A stretch of DNA of 32,000 nucleotides from Candidatus Saccharimonadota bacterium. GTDB taxonomy: Bacteria; Patescibacteriota; Gracilibacteria; BD1-5; UBA2023. The stretch spans positions 840,001-872,000 of the forward strand of contig JAXLZO010000001.1 of NCBI GenBank assembly GCA_046350815.1, given 5' to 3'. The translations under genes were made by a program, and so were the position numbers. Below are positions 18,245-29,825 of this stretch, piece after piece (the first letter of the stretch is position 1; each line of letters begins with the position of its first letter). The notes below the pieces were generated by a model, which worked only from the letters and a program-made list of their open reading frames with translations, searched no databases and was not told the DNA's origin.

Positions 18245-19430
18245 ATCTTCCTCGTTTGTAGTCCCATGCTTTTGTTTCCTGATTATAAAAATAGATTACC
18301 TCGAGATTATCATCTCCATCTTGTTGAAAATCTTTCGGCAAATAAAGGATTCATTTCTTTTTCAAGAGATCCTGAGCGTCACGAGCATGTTCCTGATGTT
18401 TTTGAAAATAGATATCATCATAGTGCTCGATATAGGCAAGATTGACCTCTCGTGTTGCTTTTCCTATCGATGAGAGACATGTATTATTCATGATATTATC
18501 CTTTGTATTTGCATCGTTTTTAAGGGTTTCTTTTGTGATCTGTCCGTAGAGTTTGTTGACTGCTTGTATGAAGCTTGGATTTGTTACAGCAGATTCAAAA
18601 TCTCCTCATCCGAGAATATCTCGCATTTGTTTGATCCCATCACTGCAGAGCGAATCTTCTTTCTTATCATTTCCAGCAAGTGATAAGAAAAGTGCGATTG
18701 ATTTTTGTCTTTCTCCTCATTTTCCTGACATGATAGCGTACATATTTCGTGCAAATTCTGGAGCGTCATCTTGCGTTGTTGCTATTTTGTAATATTCTGC
18801 TGATTTTGCTGGGTTGTTTTCATTAAAATAATACACATATCCCATATAGTAGGGGATCATGCCATTGCTACACGGATTTCTCAACTCTTTCTTCTCAAGA
18901 AGATCTTGAAGATTTGATGTTTGTTCGATCTTTTTGAGTTTCTCTGGGTCACAAGATTGAGACATCATTTTTTCTCCAAGATTGATAGCAGACTTTCGTT
19001 GTGAATTTACATCATCATCCGAGTAGGTTTCATAGAGTTTATTACTATCAGGGAGGAGTATGAGCGATACTTCGACTGGATAGCTGAATTTTGGAGAGAG
19101 ATCCGTGATAAGATCCACAATGCGCGCCATATATTTCTTGTAATCTGCCTGAATGACATTCCCACCAATATATTGGATGAGACCGATCCAATAGAGATCC
19201 GCAATGGTCTCACGAGCCCCGAATGAAAAAAGACGAGTTTGATCGCTTGCAAAGAGAAACTCTGGATGCTCTACTTTTTCATACTTGATCGCCGTGACAT
19301 ATTTGTACGCCATATTATTCGCAAAATAGATACTTGGAAAATAAAGCGCAAATAAGAGAACAGAGCTAAGAATCCCGAGAGAGATAGGTTTCCAGATTTT
19401 TTTGAATATTTTTTTGAGAGATGACGACAT
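18234..19430 (-). CDS. Hypothetical membrane-anchored protein, 398 aa
   Basis: Track ORF 18717-19505 continues through TGA (18714-18716 and two more) to TAG 18234-18236, overlapping the next start by 11 nt. I prefer ATG 19430 (MSSSLKKIFKKIWKPISLGILSSVLLFALYF, an N-terminal TM) over the TTG at 19505. Confidence 0.6.
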
Positions 19431-19518
19431 AGAAAAAGCTATTGAATGCTGATAGAAAGAGTCCGAAAATATGCGGTAGTATAGTGATTTTTTACTTTTT
19501 CCCAAGATTTCAATGTTT

Positions 19519-20160
19519 CTACCATTTTATTTTGTCCATACCTCTTTTCTTGAGTTCTGCATTGATCTGACTGAATGGTTTTGACCCGAGGAATCATCGA
19601 TGTGCTGAGAGGGGGCTTGGGTGTGGTGACTCGATAATACAATGCTTCGAAGTATCAATGAGTTTTTTCTTACTCTGTGCGAATGATCACCAGAGTACAA
19701 ATATGACAAATTCTTTGTCTTTAGATATTCTTTGAATGACAAAATCCGTGAATGCTCACCAACCAAGATGTTGATGGCTCGCAGCTTCTCAGAGCTTGAC
19801 CGTGAGCATAGCATTCAGAAGGAGTACTCATTGGCTCGCCCAATCACTCAGATCACCATAGATTCGCTTGACTTGCAGGTCGCTCTCGAGCTCTTTGTAG
19901 ATATTTCTGAGGCTTGGTGGCAATACCTGATCTTCACGAACACTAAAAGCGAGTCCATTTGCAACTCATGGAGTGTGATAGGGGTCTTGTCCGAGGATGA
20001 CAACTTTGATCTGATCAAACGGGGTGAGTTCGAGTGCTCGGTAGATTTGATGTTTTGGTGGTGCAAATCCTCACGCTGAGAGTTCATTATTTGCAGATTC
20101 TTTGAGGATTTTTCACTCAGTTGATTCCCAAAAAGGAGAAAGGATATCGCTCCAGAGCAT
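19519..20160 (-). CDS. ung: Uracil-DNA glycosylase (family 1), 213 aa
   Basis: Not in the track, because seven in-frame TGAs break it. ATG 20160 to TAG 19519-19521. Motifs: [22 protein letters not shown] (TGA at 19966-19968), [12 protein letters not shown], and [16 protein letters not shown]. Confidence 0.88.
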
Positions 20161-20263
20161 ATTTGAAAAGTTATAGGGTGATTATAGGGATTTTTTCTTA
20201 AATTATAAACTATAGTTGTACAATGAAGGGTGAATATGCTTTTAAATTACTTTTTGCTCACAT

Positions 20264-20294
20264 AAAAAAGTGTTAGCTGTTTAGCTAACACTTT
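20264..20294 (-). terminator. Rho-independent terminator of the 20328-20666 gene
   Basis: 9-bp stem agtgttagc / gctaacact (20269-20277 / 20284-20292), followed on the minus strand by tttttt. Confidence 0.65.
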
Positions 20295-20327
20295 GTATTT
20301 GGACTGGATTCTACTTAGTTCCATAAG

Positions 20328-20666
20328 CTAATTCATTAATTGACGTACCACATTCAAGAATTTTTCAGTTACTTCGTAGTGGTCACCTTTTTTTACCAGG
20401 TAACTAGGCTCCAAGTGTGTAGAAGTATTCCAGACAGGTTTTCCACCATTCACTAAAGCTTCTAAAACTCCTTTTTCAGCGTCAGTAACTTTATGAGTGC
20501 AGTGTTCCTCGTAATCCTCCCAAGTAAAAAGTGTCCATTTTTCTGGATTCATTTTACGCTGTACGAAGCAGATATTCCGAGCAACCACCTCTGTTTCGGT
20601 GTTACGCCACTCAGACCCCATAAAACTTATTTTTGCTGTTGCTAGAGGAACGATGGAAATGTTCAT
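20328..20666 (-). CDS. Hypothetical protein, 112 aa
   Basis: Part of track ORF 20328-20741. I prefer ATG 20666, which has GGAG 8 nt upstream, over the TTG at 20741. No TGA. No family recognised. Confidence 0.45.
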   Translation of the reverse strand: MNISIVPLATAKISFMGSEWRNTETEVVARNICFVQRKMNPEKWTLFTWEDYEEHCTHKVTDAEKGVLEALVNGGKPVWNTSTHLEPSYLVKKGDHYEVTEKFLNVVRQLMN

Positions 20667-20878
20667 TTTTGAATCTCCGAGGTTTTGTAGAAGAGTGCAT
20701 CTTTGTAATAGTGAGAAACTACTCTTTTTATTAGAAGACAATCTCTCAGTTATTTACTTTGATATTATAAATCAATTCTTTTAAAAGTCAATATAAAGAA
20801 CGAAAAAATAATTTGAAAGAAAAACTCAATTTCTACAAACTCTTGTACCTTTGATATATGGAGTCTTTATGACAAAAT

Positions 20879-22786
20879 CTACTTTCCAGCATGATGTAAT
20901 ACTTGAGTTTTATAGAATCGTGCATAAGCATTCTTTCCTTCTGCAAGGAGCTCACTGTGACTTCCATGATGAGTAATTTTATGGTGCTCGAGACAATATA
21001 TCTCATCAGCTCGTGAGATGGTGCTCATACGATGTGTAATGAATATGATAATTTTCTCAGATTTCTTCTCAAGTAATTTGTTCATCACAAGGATTTCATT
21101 CTCTGCGTCGAGCTGATTGGTGCCCTCGTCCATTATAACGATCGGTCGGTCTTGGAAGAGAAGTCGAATAAAAGCTATAATTTGTTGTTCTCATCATGAA
21201 AATTCGATATCATCTCCAAGCATAGCATCGAGTCATGCAGGAAGTTTCTCTATTTTGTTTTTGAGTCCAAACTCTTCAAGTAACTCATAGATAATGTCAT
21301 CGGTCACTTCTTTTGTTACTCAAAAGAGAATTTCTTGACGAATATTCGCTCACCACCGAAGTGAGAATGGTACTTGTGAAAGGAAAGCAACTTGCTCTGA
21401 ATAGTAGGTGGTCTTCCAATCCCTTGTATCTCGATCATTGATACTGATGGTTCCGCTATAGTCTCGATAAAATCATGCAAGTAAGTGCATCATAGTCGTT
21501 TTCCCTGCTCCATTTTTTCCGACTATTCCATAGATTTTTCATCGCTCAAAAGATAGAGAAATATCTTTGAGAATAGTCTTCGCTTCTAGTGGTGCACTTG
21601 CTTCTGTTATGAATTTTTGAATATTTGTATTTTCCCATGTTTTTTCTGCAATACTCATAGATCAGAAGTATTTTTCGACGATCTCGAGATATTCTCTCTC
21701 ATATTCCTGCATGATAGGGTATCTAAAATCCATATTTTGAAATCTGATGTTCGAAATGGAGATATGATCTTTTTTTCAATATGTTCCAATAGGTTTAAAC
21801 ATTTTTATAAAAAGATCGAGTGTGCTGAGATGAAATTTTGTATCTCGATATTTCGTCTTCACGCTAAGGATTTTTGAGAGAATTCTTCAAGCGTTGTTGG
21901 AATATCAGGTTACAAGTGCCACCATACCGATAGATTGTGTCCCTTGAAACACTGCATACCCAACGATACATTTGATCGTAACTTCACCGATGGATGAGCT
22001 GAGAAACTGAAGAATATTAGTGATAATGCCGACATATTCCCCTTTTTGTTTGTGATTTCGATGATGATCGAGAATTTCTTTATATTCTCGTAGTGTTGTC
22101 TGCATTGCCCCATTTGCTGCCATTTCCCCAAAATTTCTTAAAAAGAGTTTTTGATAGTAGTAGAGCTTTCGTCCAAGTCATAATTGCCAAGAAATACTAT
22201 GTTTTTTATCATAGTTCACACTAAAAGTATCGATAGTATGTTGGATGACAGCTGTGACAACAATAACAATAAGAAGTCTGATATCAAAATACGCAAATAC
22301 GGCTGTAATACCTATGCTAGAAATAAGAGTGGTGAGAATCTCTTTTGGTCCGTGGAGAAATTTTTTCCAAAGACTGGAAAAAGCCGATTCAATGTTCTCT
22401 CGTAAATAATGAAATCGTGAGTTGAGAGTTCTACCAACCTCAACTTCCTGCATATGAGTAAAGAGATCGATTTGCAATTCATTTTCCATCATTTCTTCTT
22501 TTTTATTGATAATAATCTTAAGGATTCACTCAAGCACTTCATCTACGAATTTCACGACAAGCAGAACAATAAGAATAACAACAAACATAAAAAACGGAGA
22601 ATCACTGAGTTGTGGGAAGATACTGAATCCACTTCTTGCTAGTTGATCAGTTTCATATTTCAGGAGAAGTGGGGTTGCAAGACTGGCAAAACCTGATATG
22701 ACCGCACCGACAATCATCAAGGCAAATATATTTTTGTGTCTTTTGATGGTCGGAAGATAGAGGTTGATAATTTCTTTTGGAATCAT
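20879..22786 (-). CDS. ABC transporter, fused permease/ATP-binding protein (exporter type), 635 aa
   Basis: Fragments 22526-22786, 22178-22492, 21905-22123 and 20879-21133 are in one frame. I translated 21134-21910 codon by codon and found no TAA/TAG. Walker A GKNGAGKTT, signature-like FS-G-GEQQ, Walker B IVIMDEGTNQLD. TAG at 20879-20881. Confidence 0.85.
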
Positions 22787-22940
22787 AGTTGTTTATTATA
22801 GTGAAATTATAGTGATAACTTTTGTATTTACCTCATAAAAAAGAATCGGCTTTTGTACACAATCAATATAATTCTTCTTGATTTGTCTAAGGAAATAACT
22901 TAAATGCTTGACTTATACATGCTAATTATAATGTTGACAT

Positions 22941-23537
22941 ATGATTTCAAAAGAACATTTTGACTATATCAAAGATAAGTATGGTGAGTTTGCGAGTTGG
23001 GCAGTTTGGTTAAATGAGGATAAAAAACCAAAATCTAATATTGGAGAAATGGGTATCTTTGACCTAAAGATAAATCCTAATTTACTTGATATCCTGAATC
23101 CAGAAGTTGTAATGGTTGGACTTAATTTTTCTCGGCAAATTGAGCGGGTTGATTTTGTAAATTTTCATGACAAAAGGTCTCAGTGACAGGACTATAAAAT
23201 TCGCTATGCATTTCGTGACACTCCATATTATGGAGCATATATGACTGATATAATAAAAGATTTTGAAGAAAAGGTTTCAGGTAACGTGCTAAACTACTTA
23301 AAGAAAAATAAAGATTTTGAGATACAAAACGTAGTCCTCTTTGAAGAGGAAATTAAAGATCTCAAATGCAACGACCCTTTAATTATCGCTTTTGGTAATA
23401 TAACATATGATATCTTGCAAAAGCATTTCGGTGAGAGATATAGAATTAAGAAGGTAATGCATTACAGCCAACAGATTGGCAAAGAAAATTATAAGAAATC
23501 TGTCTGGAAGGATTTATTTGATATAGATCTATGATAA
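22941..23537 (+). CDS. Hypothetical protein with UDG-superfamily-like motif order, 198 aa
   Basis: ORFs 22941-23186 and 23241-23534 are in frame and joined by a TGA. The terminal TGA (23532-23534) is read as Gly before TAA 23535-23537. The order VMVGLNFS ... YMTDIIK ... LIIAFGN ... VMHYSQ loosely mirrors UDG-fold motifs A and B. This is a weak assignment. Confidence 0.5.
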
Positions 23538-23558
23538 TTTCTTGAAAATATAAGCATT

Positions 23559-23586
23559 AAAAAATTCCCGAAATCGGGAATTTTTT
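23559..23586. terminator. Bidirectional terminator between convergent genes
   Basis: aattcccg-aaat-cgggaatt (23563-23582), flanked by an A-run and a T-run. Confidence 0.75.
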
Positions 23587-23761
23587 AATGCTTTGCATCT
23601 TTCAGCTTGAGTTCAACTCGCTTTCGAAGCTTCTTGTCATACTTCTTGATTACAGGAAGTTCTTTCCCAGTAAAATTTTTCTTGTTGATCGTGGTTGTGG
23701 TGACAAGCATCCCAGATTCTTTTGAGAACCCCCACATAATCGTTCGCTTACTTTTTGACAT
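23585..23761 (-). CDS. rpmG: Probable 50S ribosomal protein L33 (Cys-less form), 58 aa
   Basis: Internal ATG 23761 of track ORF 23585-23797. Product MSKSKRTIMWGF...TTTINKKNFTGKELPVIKKYDKKLRKRVELKLKDAKH resembles the L33 pattern T.KNK...(L/I).KKY...RK...K. The call rests on size and basic composition. Confidence 0.5.
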   Translation of the reverse strand: MSKSKRTIMWGFSKESGMLVTTTTINKKNFTGKELPVIKKYDKKLRKRVELKLKDAKH

Positions 23762-23910
23762 ACAGTTATAGAAAAACAATGCGAGCATTATATACAAAAG
23801 GGGAAATACTCAAATCTTTTTGAAAAATCGACTTTCTCACTAGTATAAAAGCAATGCGAAAAGTATTTTTCGATGGTTTTCTGTTTCTTTTTATTCTTGT
23901 ATTGTTTGAT

Positions 23911-25254
23911 ATGTTTATTGATGAAGTTTCCCTGAAGTTTATAGCAGGAAAAGGTGGTGATGGAGCAGTGTCATGGCGTCGTGAGAAATGTATTCCGAAT
24001 GGTGGACCTTATGGAGGAAGTGGGTGAAAAGGGGGTGATGTTATCCTTCAAGCATCCCCACATGAGAGTACACTTTCTGATTTTCGTCATCTGACCACGA
24101 TTCGTGCACAGGATGGTGAGCGTGGTGGCACCAAGGAAATGACAGGTGCAGGTGGTGAAGATCGGATTGTTCTGGTGCCGGTAGGAACACAAGTCCGACT
24201 CAAAGATACGAATGAGATTATCTGTGATCTTGTCCGTACTGGGCAGACATTTAATCTCTGTCGTGGTGGTCGTGGTGGTTATGGAAATGCGCATTTTACA
24301 GCAGCGGTTCGTCAGGCACCCAGTTTTGCAGAGCTCTGAGATGCTGGCGAACAGAAAATAGTAGTAATGGAGCTCAAGCTCGTTGCTGATGTAGGTATTG
24401 TCGGTCTTCCAAATGCTGGAAAATCTACCTTCATCTCTCAGGTGACAAATGTCCGCCCAAAGATCGCGGACTATCCTTTTACCACTCTCATTCCGAATCT
24501 TGGAGTGATGGATCACAAGGGTGAGTCGCTCGTGTTGGAAGATGCTCCAGGGTTGATCGAGTGAGCAAGCGAGGGAAAATGACTTGGCCTCCAATTTCTC
24601 AAACATCTTGACCGCACTCGTTTTCTCCTCCATCTTGTTGATATCACCTTTGGTGCAGAAGAGGCGTATAAGAATTATCATTTGATTAGGAACGAGATTG
24701 AAAAGTACAGTGCTGATATGGCTGAGAAGACAGAATATCTCGTATTTAGTAAGCTTGATACACTTACCCCCGAAGATCGATTAATTGAAGAACCAAAACT
24801 CCGAGAGCTCTTTGGTGATCGAGAATTTCTCGTCTTTTCCGCACTCTCTCATGAGAATCTCGATATCTTGCGTGATAGACTCTTGGAACTCTATCATTCT
24901 CTCCCAAGCACTCTCTGAGAAGAAATACAAGAGTGAGATGATGCAAATGAAACAGTCTTTGATTTCAAAAAAATTGAGACAGATCCAAATACAGCCAAAC
25001 TAATACAAGAATCTCCAGGCATATTTCGTGTAAAAGGGGAACGTATCGAGCAAATTGTTCGTATGACGCCTATGTCGAATCGTGAGGCAATTGAACGAAT
25101 TTGGGATATCCTCGACAAGATTCATATCCTATCAAAAGTTGAAGCAAGATTGCAAGAGAATCTTGGTATTAATCCAGATGACGTGAAAATATATATAGGA
25201 GAACAGGTTTTTCATTATGAACAAGTAAGATTTCGCAAGAGCTTTCACCGTTAG
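23911..25254 (+). CDS. obg: GTPase Obg/CgtA with C-terminal OCT domain, 447 aa
   Basis: Starts [26 protein letters not shown] (Obg fold). G1 motif GLPNAGKST, plus ADYPFTTL and [18 protein letters not shown]-terminal [15 protein letters not shown]...[11 protein letters not shown]. Four track fragments share one frame. TAG at 25252-25254. An in-frame ATG at 23854 would add 19 hydrophobic residues. Confidence 0.9.
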
Positions 25255-25320
25255 AGCATATTGATTTGCGATACAAAAATTTTGCTTATAATCTCTGCAA
25301 CTTTTATTCCATTTGAATTT

Positions 25321-25704
25321 ATGGCAAATATTACTCAAGGGGACTATACGTTTGTGGTAAGTGATGCGATCCAGTCACAATACCCTGAACTCGTAAAACT
25401 GGTTCTCGGTAGTCAATCACTCGACAATACGCAAAAGCAGTATTGGTTCGATATTCTTCCATCGATGAGTGATGATCAGATCGATCGACTCTTTGATATA
25501 CTTGACACGGAAAAGCGTAAACTCGAAGAGCTTGATGCAAAATATGAGGAAGAAGTACGAGAAATCAATGAAAAACATTTTATCGAGTGGCAAACTCTCA
25601 AAGCAAAGGAGCAGAAAGATGCTATACAAACTCAAGAAAAAAACGATAAGCAGGCGAGTGGTGATGCTGCAGAAGATGCGATCAATCTTCTCAATAATCT
25701 CTAA
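25321..25704 (+). CDS. Hypothetical protein, 127 aa
   Basis: ATG 25321 within track ORF 25261-25704, whose own start is TTG. TAA stop. Coiled-coil-like, charged C-terminal half. Confidence 0.55.
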   Translation: MANITQGDYTFVVSDAIQSQYPELVKLVLGSQSLDNTQKQYWFDILPSMSDDQIDRLFDILDTEKRKLEELDAKYEEEVREINEKHFIEWQTLKAKEQKDAIQTQEKNDKQASGDAAEDAINLLNNL

Positions 25705-25712
25705 TTTTTCCT

Positions 25713-27623
25713 ATGCGATTTGCGTTTTATCGACAGCAAAAGCATATTACAGCACATCTTGATAGATTTGCTTTTTCGAGCGATGGTGAGATATTTCTCT
25801 ATTCATATACGACATCGAAAGAGTTGCTTGATCAGATGAGATCTTTTCTCTCTTCGAATGTTTCTCTTTTCTCTCATCCAGGACGGAGTCTTCATGAGAG
25901 CTTTTCATGCATGCTTGATAAACTTAATGCCTGACTCAAACTTCCAGATTTCCGATTGCACTTAACAGGACAACAACATTTCTTGATCTATGTACATAGA
26001 GGAAATGAGATACATTTTTCTGTTATGGGAACTATCTATGCTTCCTACCTTTCTTACGGAAAAATTGTAGGCCTTTCTGAGGGTATGTGTACAGGTGGTT
26101 ATGAATTTGGATATATTTCTTCCTGAGAGGTTAATGAACATGCGATATTTTTTGTTTCACACAGACAATTACAAGGACGTCTCATTGAGGCGGATCTTGT
26201 AGCAATATCTGAGTCTCAGGATGAAGATATACTCTACCAAAACATAGAGTATATCTGGAATGAGCATACTTTGGGTGAGGGTGCTTTATGAGCATTTCTC
26301 CTCGATCCTCAAAATATACATGATACGCATACTCAGGAAAACAGTATGTATGAAAATTTTTCAAAATCATTGACTACGAGTCTTCGTGTGATTTTTGATA
26401 AAATGATATGATATCTGAAAAAATATCCATATTTCATGTTTGATCGAAAAAGAAAAGTTATCTTTTTTCTTTTTGGTGTGGTACTTTCCTGTGTTTTATT
26501 ATTCGTGGTACTTTCAAGTTTGATCCGTGTGGTAACGACTTCTGTCACTCAAGATGATGCAACTCGTCAACTTCTTGATATCCGTAATCATCTTGAAGAG
26601 GCAACACGGTATTCCATTGATAGAGAAGTATTCACTCAGCATATTAAGAAAGCAGAAGAGGGACTCGCAAGTCTGGAATCAAGTCAGTTTTTTCTCCAAG
26701 ATAGAATCAAACTTACACAGGATATTGATATTCTAAAAAAACAGGTAAACGGTGTGATATCCATTTCTCCATCAGCTGATTCGCAGTGGTATACACTTCC
26801 AGCATCAAAAGACAATATTATAGGAGTCTACGAAATGGGGCAAAAATTTGTTATTGTTACTAATACATCTATTATCGATGGAATTAATGGTGAGCAAAAA
26901 CCTGTAACATCCATTCCACTACCTCCTTGAGAAGAGGCAATTGATGCAACAAAATCAGATGACGGCTCGCTCTATATTCTTCTCAAGAGTTTGCGAGTTG
27001 CTCGCTACACAAAAGGTGAAATAAAAACCGTGAGTATTGTATCCGTAGCGTGATCAACGCCCCCTCTATGGGAAAAAGCAAAGAAGATTAAGTCATTTAT
27101 AGGGAATATATATCTTCTCTCAGAAGATGGTGCAAATATTTATCGCTATAGACCCGTTGTATCATCATTTTCTTCTCGCTCTGATTCTCTCCTTTCAAAT
27201 GTCGTGTCACCTTATATGGTACAGGACTTCTCTTTGGACGGATCAATCTATCTTTTGCGATCGAATGCATCAATTGAGAAAATTACAACAGGAGCGAATA
27301 TGAATAGAAAGACACTTTTATATAAAAATCTTCCAGCAAACACACTTCCTATACAAGTTGATCAGCATAACTCACGTCTGATTCTAAGTCAAAATTCAAA
27401 GTATATATTTATCATATCTAATGGCGATGTTATGGTATTCCGGCCGAATACACTCACGTCATCGAGTCAGAGTGAGCTATGATATCTTGGAACGATCGAT
27501 ATTTCCGATGAAGATATTGTTGATCTTTCTCCTACAAGTGATTCTGTATTTATGATACTCACCAAGAAAAAATTTTATCGATTGGAATTTCAGTTGACCG
27601 ATGATAAAATTCTTCCTCGTTAG
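25713..27623 (+). CDS. Hypothetical single-pass membrane protein, 636 aa
   Basis: Fragments 25713-25934, 26436-26930 and 27204-27482 are in one frame. I read the gaps and found them free of TAA/TAG. The central TM is VIFFLFGVVLSCVLLFVVLSSLI, followed by a beta-rich C-terminal domain. TAG at 27621-27623. Confidence 0.65.
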
Positions 27624-27631
27624 TTCATTGT

Positions 27632-28240
27632 ATGTTTGATAGAACCTTTCATGCAATCATACTCAAGATCCATAGACAGTCTCGTAGTGAGAAGAGAGTG
27701 CTTATTTCTCTCCTCACTCAAGAGTATGGAATAGTTGATATCTTCTGTCCTGGCTCTGATCTGAAAAAATTTTGATGTGACATTGGCGTGATGATTTGTA
27801 TAAAACAAAGGAAAAACTCAAACGGTTATTCCTATACTATCGAATACGTTGGTCAGACATTTGCTCGTATGAAATGTGATTACCATCAAATTTCAGTACT
27901 CCTTGCTTGGTTTGCACTCATTCACAAAGCTCTTGTAAAAGGAGAACGAGCGGATACTATTTATCACGATATTACCACTTTGTATTCCTATATTGATGGA
28001 AACGCAATCAATTTTCAGAGGGCGATATTCTTTTGCTATCTTCGCTTGAGTTATCTTGTATGAATACTCAGGCATAATGGCGAGAGGAATAATATCGGAG
28101 TAGTTCTTCTGATGAAAATTGTACCATTTCTTTCGAATTCATCGCTCACTGAACTTATGCAAATTCATGGCATTACTCATGAACACCAAGAGTCTGTATA
28201 TCGTATCATAACCCCACAATTCTATGAGTTTATTCGCTAG
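27632..28240 (+). CDS. recO: Possible DNA repair protein RecO-like, 202 aa
   Basis: ATG 27632 to TAG 28238-28240 with two in-frame TGAs. The N-terminus MFDRTFHAIILKIHRQSRSEKRVLISLLTQEYGIVDIF fits the RecO OB-fold start pattern. The rest is not diagnostic. Confidence 0.4.
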
Positions 28241-28262
28241 TTTGCCACAAGGTCTTATATTC

Positions 28263-29090
28263 ATGATAATGAGTTTTGTATTTTTGTATTGAGCTATTTT
28301 TGGGAGTTTCTCTTCGGTTCTTGTGAGTAGAATCCGCACCAAGAAGAAATGAATATTCTTTGGACGAAGTGCATGCCCCGATTGCGGACATAATCTCCAT
28401 TTTTTTGACCTCTTCCCCATTTTTTCATACATATTTCTTTGAGCAAAGTGTCGCTATTGCCACAAAAAAATACCTATTACTTATTTTCTTCTTGAAGTCT
28501 TTGGGGGAGTATTGGCAATTATTTTTGCTTATGCTATTTTGGTTCGCTCAGAAAACACTCAAGAATTAATTCTTGGATCGATCATAGCTATTTGAGCGAT
28601 TATTACGATGCTCACTTATACGCTCTATGACTACCTCTATTTGGAGATTCCTGATGAAGTTTTGATACCCGCCATTCTTTTTCTTGTTGGTTCACTCATA
28701 GTATCAACTCATATTCTCCATATTGATTGGATTTATCATATACCCATGAATTTTCCCTATGATAGCGCTCTTGCAAATGGGGTTCTAGGTGCGCTCGTGA
28801 TTTTTGTATTTTTTATGGTGCAGATTTTGGTTTCTGGTGGTAAATGGATGTGATGATGAGATCTGAGAATTGCCCTCTTTCTTGGCCTTCTTCTTGGATT
28901 CAAGTCAACTCTTATTGCACTTTTCTTTGCTTATATTTCAGGAAGTATTATAGGAATCATACTGATGTTAACAGTAAAAAAATCCACACAATCACAGATT
29001 CCATTTTGACCATTTTTGACCATTGGAATAGCTTGTGCTCTACTTTTTAGCCCGATGATTGTACCAATGTTTCTTTCCAGTTCACTATAA
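28263..29090 (+). CDS. pilD: Prepilin peptidase (A24 family) PilD, 275 aa
   Basis: Zinc-finger-like motif CPDCGHNLHFFDLFPIFSYIFL-G-AKCRYCHKKI. Active-site region KWM-G-G-G-DLRIALFLG is encoded by TGA TGA TGA GAT (28851-28862). Second motif QIPF-G-PFLTIG. TAA at 29088-29090. Confidence 0.9.
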
Positions 29091-29168
29091 GGAGTGGGCG
29101 TCAAGTTGATTTGTTGATAAATCCGCAAGTCTATACTATAATTCTTCTTGAATTACCCTTTCTTCATT

Positions 29169-29726
29169 ATGTCACACCAAAATAAGCAAATAGAAGCCGT
29201 CTATGAATTGCTGATGTCTTCACAAAAATCTCTTGATAATGCTATGAAGCTCCTAGAGGATATTGTTGGAAAATCATCAGTATCTGATATAAAAAATAAG
29301 ACTCCAAAGATATCAGCAAAAGGACTTACAAGTTATTCTGATAAGGATAGTAAAATCGTCGAAGGTGTTTTTACGGGCGAAAGTATGCTCTCAGCAGACG
29401 GTAATATATATCCTGTTCCGCATAATTATGCTTGCAAATCCCATATCGTACAAGGATCAAAACTTAAAGCAACCATCGACCCAAGTGGTAAAATACTCTA
29501 TAAAATCATCGTTGAAATACCATATGAAAATAAAAAAGGTATTGTAGTCGAATCAAATGGGCGATATCAAGTTATTGCGGATGGAAAAAGTTACCATGTA
29601 CTCCCATCGGCCATCACCTTTTTGAAAGCGTGAGTTGGTGATATGATATCTATACGTATACCGGCTGGCAAAGATGCTACTTATGGTGCCCCAGATATGC
29701 TTATTCCAAAGGAGGCGAAAGTTTAG
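29169..29726 (+). CDS. Hypothetical protein, 185 aa
   Basis: ATG 29169; the track start at 29148 is TTG. One in-frame TGA. TAG at 29724-29726. Beta-rich C-terminal part GVFTGESMLSADGNIYPVPHNYACKSHIVQGSKLKATI. Confidence 0.6.
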
Positions 29727-29782
29727 GATTGATGTTTAATTGAGGAAAAAGCGCAGAATAAAAGCAGAATTTACTTGCAAAA

Positions 29783-29819
29783 GAAAAGAGTCTTGGTACA
29801 ATCAAGACTCTTTTCTTTT
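29783..29819 (+). terminator. Strong rho-independent terminator after the obg-to-pilD gene string
   Basis: 13-bp perfect stem gaaaagagtcttg / caagactcttttc (29783-29795 / 29803-29815) with loop gtacaat, followed by a T-rich tail. Confidence 0.75.
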
Positions 29820-29825
29820 AGTGCA

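Noticed and set aside
23854-23910. Upstream in-frame ATG giving Obg a 19-aa hydrophobic extension
   Set aside because: Obg proteins canonically begin MF(V/I)D, which matches ATG 23911. The extension cannot be excluded, but it is less likely.
23971-24681. 236-aa minus-strand ORF, and similar antisense ORFs (3145-3681 +, 6752-7216 -, 11533-11913 -, 19732-20079 +, 12697-12990 -)
   Set aside because: Each lies antisense to a confidently identified gene (obg, the cNMP sensor, the 6782 gene, rpoD, ung, gatA) and has no recognisable motifs.
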